DNA from: an uncultured Candidatus Poseidoniales archaeon
GTDB lineage: Archaea; Thermoplasmatota; Poseidoniia; Poseidoniales; Poseidoniaceae
Length of the DNA stretch: 64,000 nt
NCBI GenBank assembly: GCA_964587885.1
Contig: CAZPME010000008.1
Coordinates: 1 to 64,000, forward strand
Direction: 5' to 3'
Part shown: positions 58,305 to 64,000 of the stretch, one piece after another
Layout of the letters: every line of letters begins with the position of its first letter
Position numbering within the stretch: the first letter of the stretch is position 1
The notes under the pieces: generated by a model
What the model was told of the DNA's origin: nothing
The model's database searches: none
What the model saw: the letters and a program-made list of their open reading frames with translations, nothing else
Made by a program: the position numbers and the translations under genes

Positions 58305-59122
58305 GATTCGTCTTGACTGGGGAAATCACCCGAACGCACATCAGTACAAAATTGATTCAAAGCCCCTTCGATTTGTTCCTCTAGATTTAGGTAGCGGCGC
58401 AGGAAACGTGGGCTGAAATCAGTTGTAATACCTAACATGTCGTGAAGTACGAGAACTTGACCGTCGCAATCGTTACCGGCGCCAATGCCGATAGTTGGAA
58501 TATTGATCGCTTCAGAAACTTGTTTCGCTAGCCCAGCGGGTATTTTTTCTAGTACAATAGCAAAACAACCAGCAGTTTCCAATGCCTTTGCATCGGCAAT
58601 TAATTTCTCAGCCTCTTCATCTTCCTTAGCCCGTACTGTGTAGGTACCAAATTTGTAAATTGACTGGGGGGTAAGGCCAAGATGCCCCATGACTGGTATG
58701 CCCGCAGATAATATTCTCTTTACAGACTCACCAACTTCAGAACCTCCTTCAAGTTTTACAGCATGTCCTGATGATTCTTTCATTATTCGAATTGCCGAAT
58801 CAAGAGCGATACGTGAATTCCCTTGGTAGGTGCCGAATGGCATATCTACGACGATAAGAGCCCGGTCGACAGCACGTTGAACACATTGAGCATGGTAGAT
58901 CATTTGGTCGAGAGTAATCGGTACAGTAGTGTCGTGACCAGCCATCACGTTTGCAGCCGAATCTCCAACCAAAATCACGTCCACACCTGAGCGGTCGACG
59001 AGTTTGGCTAGAGAGAAATCATAGGCTGTTAGCATGGTGATTTTTTCACCAGCCTGCTTCATCTCCTGCAGGGTTTGCGTAGTAACTTTACGGGCTGCGG
59101 AATGAACAGACACCTCTCTCAC
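58298..59122 (-). CDS. panB: 3-methyl-2-oxobutanoate hydroxymethyltransferase (ketopantoate hydroxymethyltransferase, PanB).
   Basis: '[53 protein letters not shown]' is collinear with the KPHMT family. Confidence 0.85.
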   Translation of the reverse strand: MREVSVHSAARKVTTQTLQEMKQAGEKITMLTAYDFSLAKLVDRSGVDVILVGDSAANVMAGHDTTVPITLDQMIYHAQCVQRAVDRALIVVDMPFGTYQGNSRIALDSAIRIMKESSGHAVKLEGGSEVGESVKRILSAGIPVMGHLGLTPQSIYKFGTYTVRAKEDEEAEKLIADAKALETAGCFAIVLEKIPAGLAKQVSEAINIPTIGIGAGNDCDGQVLVLHDMLGITTDFSPRFLRRYLNLEEQIEGALNQFCTDVRSGDFPSQDESY

Positions 59123-59173
59123 CGTAACTGCGGACTAACGAAATAGGTTTCAACCCCTCGCAGTGGCGAAATG

Positions 59174-60844
59174 CTACTCTGCTTCGGAAATAATGCCAAT
59201 GAAGTCGCAGAATTCGTCAACGTCAATGGCTCCATCATTATTTGCATCAGCTTCATGGAAGTACATTCTTATTGCAACATGTTCATCTGATTTTAATCCC
59301 AATCCAGCTATTGCTTTTGTGAATTCTCTCAAATTTATGCTTTTGTTATTATTTTTATCTGCGGCTTCGAATGCTTCATGTAGTCGCATTTTTTCGACTT
59401 TATCAGGTTCCGAAATCATCATTTTGAAAGTATCCCAAGGTGTTATTTCAGGATTAGCGTTCTTTTGACCATATGTTTTGTATATTGCAATGCCTAAAAC
59501 TACTGCTACACCTGCACCAATAAATGATTTTGAACCCATCAAAATAAGCAAAATAATACCAGATATAATTCCCATTATTTGGGTGAATGGGTAAAGCGGA
59601 GATTTCCATACTGGATTATACCATGAATGCGACTTTGCGGACCTACGTAGAACAATTACGCATGCATTGATAACGATGAAAATCATAATTTTGAAACCGG
59701 ATGCTAGTTCTGCTACATCATGAACTGGCAGAAAGATGATTGCTAAAGCCATAGCCAATCCAGTACCAATGATTGCGATATGGGGTGTTTGGAATTTAGG
59801 GTGCACGTTTTCCAGTGCTTCTGGGAGGAGATTGTCTCGAGCCATAGCAAAGGGAAAACGGGATGAGGCCATTATTCCTGCTAGTGCCATTGAAGTCATA
59901 GTCAAAACCGCTAGTAGTGCCGCAATGATTCCCATATTGCTGCCGCCTACAGCAGTTGCGAAAATGTAGATCGGGTCTTCTCTAGCATGCCCATCGCCTT
60001 TCATGAATCCACTCGGATCTACAGTGGCGGCCATTATGAGGGTAATGAAAACGTATAATGCGCAACTAATCAACAATGAGAGCAAAATTCCATACGGTAT
60101 GTTCCTACTTGGGTTCTTTATCTCTCCACCTACTGCCGCAATTTTTGTTACACCTGCATATGATACGAATACGAATGCTGAAGTTGTTGCTATTGCTTTC
60201 CAATCGGAACCAAATGCCTCTTTCGAACTGACTGCCTCCCAATTCATGTCCATAGTTAGTGCAGCATAAATTGAGATTGTGAAAAGAAAGGTAATGGCAA
60301 TCAACACAATTGGAGCTTGTATTTTCTTGATTCTCTTAACTCCCAATATGTTGATGACGACAATTAGTATCAAAAGAACCATTGCAGCAATTTCTATGTT
60401 TATGTTGACTCCAATAATTTCCTCTAGAACCCAAAGGTATGCTTTAAATCCAATTAGTGCGAAAGCAGATTTGAGCATGAAATTTGCCCACAAACCTAGG
60501 CCCGCAATAGTACCAAACATGGGTCCAAATGTCCTTTCTACATAGACATATGAACCACCCGATGACGGCATTGCTGTTGCTAGTTCTGCCTTTGAAATCG
60601 CTCCAGGCAGGACAACTATTGCTGCCAGCAGGTAGGCGATCCAAATGCCACCTACTGGTACAGTGTCACCTCCCATCTCCAGCATTGCCAGTGCAGGTAG
60701 TACGAATAGGCCAGAACCTAACATTGCCGAGAGTGAAATTATTACAACAGAAAATAGTCCTAATTTCCTCTCTAAAGTGTCCGATACTTTATCGATTGGT
60801 TTCAATAAAGTGTCAATAATATTGGAGACAGTTAATCTAGTCAT
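59174..60844 (-). CDS. APC-superfamily amino-acid permease carrying a C-terminal pair of EF-hand calcium-binding motifs.
   Basis: About 12 TM helices of APC type ('GSGLFVLPALAM...'); C-terminal 80 aa with two canonical EF loops 'DKNNNKSINLREF' and 'DANNDGAIDVDEF'. Confidence 0.8.
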   Translation of the reverse strand: MTRLTVSNIIDTLLKPIDKVSDTLERKLGLFSVVIISLSAMLGSGLFVLPALAMLEMGGDTVPVGGIWIAYLLAAIVVLPGAISKAELATAMPSSGGSYVYVERTFGPMFGTIAGLGLWANFMLKSAFALIGFKAYLWVLEEIIGVNINIEIAAMVLLILIVVINILGVKRIKKIQAPIVLIAITFLFTISIYAALTMDMNWEAVSSKEAFGSDWKAIATTSAFVFVSYAGVTKIAAVGGEIKNPSRNIPYGILLSLLISCALYVFITLIMAATVDPSGFMKGDGHAREDPIYIFATAVGGSNMGIIAALLAVLTMTSMALAGIMASSRFPFAMARDNLLPEALENVHPKFQTPHIAIIGTGLAMALAIIFLPVHDVAELASGFKIMIFIVINACVIVLRRSAKSHSWYNPVWKSPLYPFTQIMGIISGIILLILMGSKSFIGAGVAVVLGIAIYKTYGQKNANPEITPWDTFKMMISEPDKVEKMRLHEAFEAADKNNNKSINLREFTKAIAGLGLKSDEHVAIRMYFHEADANNDGAIDVDEFCDFIGIISEAE

Positions 60845-60894
60845 GACAACACTCTCTCAGCCTATTTCCGCTCAAGATTTTAGGGCTAATAATT

Positions 60895-62277
60895 CTAATT
60901 ACTGAATATTGCAATAACCTTCATTTCAACGGCGATAGGTGTTGGAAGGGAACTAATTTCCAATGTGGTCCTAGTTGGCTGAATTTCTCCAAAAAATTCT
61001 GCATATACTGAATTGTATTCTGCAAAATCTCTATCCATATTAATCAAGAATGATGTAACATCTACAACACTCTCAATACCCAATCCTGAATCTTCAAGTA
61101 TTCTTTTGATGTTTTCAATACATGCAATAGTTTGTGCTTTCATATCATAATCCAATAAGTCACCCGAAGAATCTCTTACAGGTCCACCTGGGATTTCATT
61201 TGAATGAGGTTGTCTAGGGCCCACTCCTGAGAGATAAAGCAAATCCCCAACTTTCCTTGCGTGAGGATATGCACCCACAGGTTTTGGTGCATTTTCAGAA
61301 TTCACTAGTCCATCATCTGTAACTTTGGAAATCTCATCGCTATTTTCTTCATCGGCATCTGCATTTTCGACATCAAGGACATCCCTATCACCAGAGTAAT
61401 ATTCTACATCATCTTCATCGTATTCCTTGTCTCCAGAACTGTTCGGGTTAGGGCTCAAGCAAACTACTGCTCCGCCAGCTCCGTGTAATGCCTCATAGGC
61501 TAGGACCTCACCTTGCAGATTATTGGTTTGACCATTTACTCCCGAAAGGAACCACATCGGTTTGAAAGAAACCACTTTTTGCACCCGGACTTGACTGTGA
61601 ATCTGACGTGATAATTGAGCTACATCCTCGACCCTTCCTTCGGATAAGAATTCAAGAATCTTCTGATTCCACTCATCATCTTTGAGTGAATGAATCTTGT
61701 CGTCTTGGGGAGAAATAGGTTCGGTAAACATTCGATTAGACAGGCTCATTGCACAGATGATGGCAACCTTGCGGCCAGTCTTTTCTATTGCATCGAGACA
61801 AGATTTCGCTAGAACAATTGTTTCAGCCCGATTGGAATATACATTGCTTGAAACGATGCTAACCGGCAAGCGATTATCTGGATTAAGTAAACTCACTGCT
61901 ACTACCGAACCGACATCGATAGGAAATCCGTAATAATTTACGCCGCGACTATCAAGTCCGCGTTCTCTATTGGAGACATTCCACGCTTCGGCTAATGCGA
62001 CATCGACATTGAAGTCATATGGCATTGACCCCAAGTCATGAAAATCTGCATCGACTAAAGTCCACTTTGGATTGGGGTCGGTAATCAATTGATGACCGAT
62101 AATACTTGGCCAGGTAGTTGAATAAATAATGATTGAATCTGCACCGCTGTCGATAATGCGTTGACGTAATTCTTCAAATCCCTGACGTAAACGCATCCAA
62201 CCTTCATTTTGCTCGGCTGCTAATAGTGGGTGGGGGTGGACTGGCACTATTGCTGACATTACTACTTCGCCACTCAT
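60895..62277 (-). CDS. Fusion protein: N-terminal LigB-type (class III) extradiol-dioxygenase-like domain, an acidic linker, and a C-terminal RidA/YjgF-family domain.
   Basis: N-terminal 'VMSAIVPVHPHP...SIIIYSTTWPS' LigB-like; C-terminal 'PVGAYPHARKVGDLLYLSGVG...TRTTLEISSLPTPIAVEMKVIAIF' RidA signature. ATG 62277 overlaps the upstream stop as ATGA. Confidence 0.65.
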   Translation of the reverse strand: MSGEVVMSAIVPVHPHPLLAAEQNEGWMRLRQGFEELRQRIIDSGADSIIIYSTTWPSIIGHQLITDPNPKWTLVDADFHDLGSMPYDFNVDVALAEAWNVSNRERGLDSRGVNYYGFPIDVGSVVAVSLLNPDNRLPVSIVSSNVYSNRAETIVLAKSCLDAIEKTGRKVAIICAMSLSNRMFTEPISPQDDKIHSLKDDEWNQKILEFLSEGRVEDVAQLSRQIHSQVRVQKVVSFKPMWFLSGVNGQTNNLQGEVLAYEALHGAGGAVVCLSPNPNSSGDKEYDEDDVEYYSGDRDVLDVENADADEENSDEISKVTDDGLVNSENAPKPVGAYPHARKVGDLLYLSGVGPRQPHSNEIPGGPVRDSSGDLLDYDMKAQTIACIENIKRILEDSGLGIESVVDVTSFLINMDRDFAEYNSVYAEFFGEIQPTRTTLEISSLPTPIAVEMKVIAIFSN

Positions 62278-63173
62278 ACAAATCCCTCCTGAGAATAACA
62301 AGGCCATTCAATGAGTACATTGCCGGTACCGATAATTGAACCATAACCGTGGACGATGGCTTCGTATTCAGGATAATCAAGGGCAGCCAGTAACCAAGTC
62401 AATGACCCACCATCGGTTTCACTGACCGCCTGTTCGGTAAACTCTGGCATCAGGTCATGGGCTTCTCTAGTCCGACCGGTACGGAGTAGTTCGATCATTT
62501 TCATATCCCACAGATAGAGATGATGGCTAGTAATGTGCTCTTTGCTCATATCCTCAGGTACTTCAGATTCGGTGGTGAAGTGGCGGTGTGATAGTGAATT
62601 GCTGGCAATGACCAAGGCACGCTTACCGGATTTTTCAATTGCTCTGGCTGTTGCACGACCGAGTTGTGCAGTCATCTCTTGCATCACTTCGACCGAGTAA
62701 TAATGACGTGAACGATTGCTGGAAATGCACACGATTGGCTTGTCCCAAGCTGGGCGAGTTAGGTGGCAAGAAGTGATGGTGCCATAATCAACACGGAAAT
62801 CAGGATTCTCCATCATTTTCACCGCCAAGCCATCGGCTGCGGCTTCATCGTGTATTGCTTTAGACAATTCTACATCGACTTCAATATCATAATTGTAGCG
62901 AAATAGGTTGGGGAATATAGGGTCTACAGATAGTGATTGAAAATTTGGTAAGCCGAGAAAATGAGTTCCAACATAGGTTTGCCAGTGGGGTGACATGATA
63001 ACGATGACATCGTAATCTTGGGCATCTAGATTGACCCGCATACGCTCATATGCCCAGCGTAGATTTTCCCATCCACATTCGGCAATTGGCTCGTTTTGGG
63101 GAGGGTTTTCAGCATAGACCAAATGAGGCGGATGTGGAGCAATTGCTCCTGCGACAATTTTACCTTCGGCCAT
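62274..63173 (-). CDS. LigB-type (class III) extradiol ring-cleavage dioxygenase subunit-like protein.
   Basis: 'GKIVAGAIAPHPPHLVYAENPPQNEP...VIVIMSPHWQTYVGTHFLGLPN' LigB-family pattern. Start ATG 63173 preferred over the track's upstream alternative start (63266). Confidence 0.65.
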   Translation of the reverse strand: MAEGKIVAGAIAPHPPHLVYAENPPQNEPIAECGWENLRWAYERMRVNLDAQDYDVIVIMSPHWQTYVGTHFLGLPNFQSLSVDPIFPNLFRYNYDIEVDVELSKAIHDEAAADGLAVKMMENPDFRVDYGTITSCHLTRPAWDKPIVCISSNRSRHYYSVEVMQEMTAQLGRATARAIEKSGKRALVIASNSLSHRHFTTESEVPEDMSKEHITSHHLYLWDMKMIELLRTGRTREAHDLMPEFTEQAVSETDGGSLTWLLAALDYPEYEAIVHGYGSIIGTGNVLIEWPCYSQEGFV

Positions 63174-63280
63174 GTGATTCAGTCTCTCGAAAGGGCGACC
63201 ACCCTTGAGCCTGCCCCCTCCCATACAAGCCAAAGTCATCTCAGCGAAGTGCCTAAACCAAACCACTTTGAGCGTGTCTC

Positions 63281-63838
63281 ATGGCCGAGAAAGGTGAGAC
63301 GGTCGAACTAGATGCAAAGATACCTATAGGCGGCGAGGGTGCTACTCTTCCTTCAAATCAAATAGCACTCGCGCATGATCGTGAGCAAGCGCGAAAATCT
63401 TCATCTGAAAAGTTTGTCTTGGTAGTGCAACCAGCAATACTCGGAGCAATACTCGGTGTGACTGGACAGTTAGCCATCATTAAGGATTATATCGACACTC
63501 CATACGCTGAAGAGACTTACTTGGGTGGTTTACTAGATTTGCTGGTAATTCTTGCCCTATCCCTTCCGGCAATTCTCATCAATGTGTTTTTGCAGGGGCC
63601 ACAATCCGAGCGTAAAGAAATGCTTAGTGGCGGATTATTGGTACTATTTTTCTGCTCAGTATTCGGGCTGTTATTTTCATATTGCTTGCTACCAGTTACA
63701 ATCATGATGTGGTTTTATGCAACTATGTCATGGTCGTCACAAGAATTGCAGGATTTCCGGCTCGGATTTTGGGCCGGCTTAAGTTGCATCGTTGGCTCAC
63801 TTTCAGGCTCGGTAGCGATATCGATGTTTTTGGCCTAA
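63281..63838 (+). CDS. Hypothetical membrane protein (185 aa, about 4 TM helices).
   Basis: ORF with hydrophobic helices; no family recognised. Confidence 0.45.
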   Translation: MAEKGETVELDAKIPIGGEGATLPSNQIALAHDREQARKSSSEKFVLVVQPAILGAILGVTGQLAIIKDYIDTPYAEETYLGGLLDLLVILALSLPAILINVFLQGPQSERKEMLSGGLLVLFFCSVFGLLFSYCLLPVTIMMWFYATMSWSSQELQDFRLGFWAGLSCIVGSLSGSVAISMFLA

Positions 63839-64000
63839 TCAAGCCGGCGGCTCTACTAGATTTCCGATTAATTCATCCATTGCATCATCGATATTATCGT
63901 ATTCAAGAATCGCCTGACGTGCCCAAGGATCATGAACCAATACACTAGCAATACGCCATAGTGCTCCAGCATCAGCCTGCGCTACAGTTGCCGATTGAGC
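63839..64000 (-). CDS. 3'-terminal fragment (53 codons plus stop) of a gene that continues beyond the window end; product unknown.
   Basis: Open frame from the window edge to a TGA at 63839-63841 on the minus strand ('...DNIDDAMDELIGNLVEPPA*'); absent from the ORF track because there is no start codon inside the window. Confidence 0.3.
   Translation of the reverse strand, partial: AQSATVAQADAGALWRIASVLVHDPWARQAILEYDNIDDAMDELIGNLVEPPA

Overview
64 kb of an archaeal chromosome at roughly 45% GC. The archaeal assignment rests on a PolD small subunit (DP1), an RFC small subunit, archaeal GatD, Pelota, an intron-containing tRNA-Met(CAU), a tRNA-Val with no encoded CCA, and a PF07790-type archaeal pilin segment. 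Gene content is a mix of three things. First, very large secreted or membrane-anchored surface proteins, one of them 5'-partial and longer than 2,689 aa; their modules include beta-helix, cadherin-like, Big_2-like Ig, DNRLRE-like and cupredoxin. Second, a complete alpha-glucan (starch/maltodextrin) utilisation locus: a HAD hydrolase, MalEFGK-like ABC transporter genes, a membrane-anchored GH13 amylase, a GH77-GT35 MalQ-MalP fusion and a membrane-anchored GH57 amylopullulanase. Third, housekeeping genes: formate-THF ligase, an NfeD-flotillin operon, shikimate dehydrogenase, acyl-CoA carboxyltransferase, PanB, and two tRNAs that the ORF track does not show. No CRISPR array, rRNA, transposase or integrase was seen. 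The most interesting signal is a cluster of three consecutive giant surface-protein genes (43589-58304) that share a Gly-zipper TM anchor and a conserved Trp-rich extreme C-terminal cytoplasmic motif. A second is a giant adhesin whose C-terminus carries an in-frame archaeal type-IV-pilin-like (class III signal peptide-like) module. There are also several unusual gene fusions: MalQ-MalP, KDG kinase-KDPG aldolase, LigB dioxygenase-RidA, and an APC permease with EF-hands. A lineage guess of an uncultivated marine euryarchaeon of the MGII/Poseidoniales type, or a DPANN/nanohaloarchaeon-like organism, is only inference.
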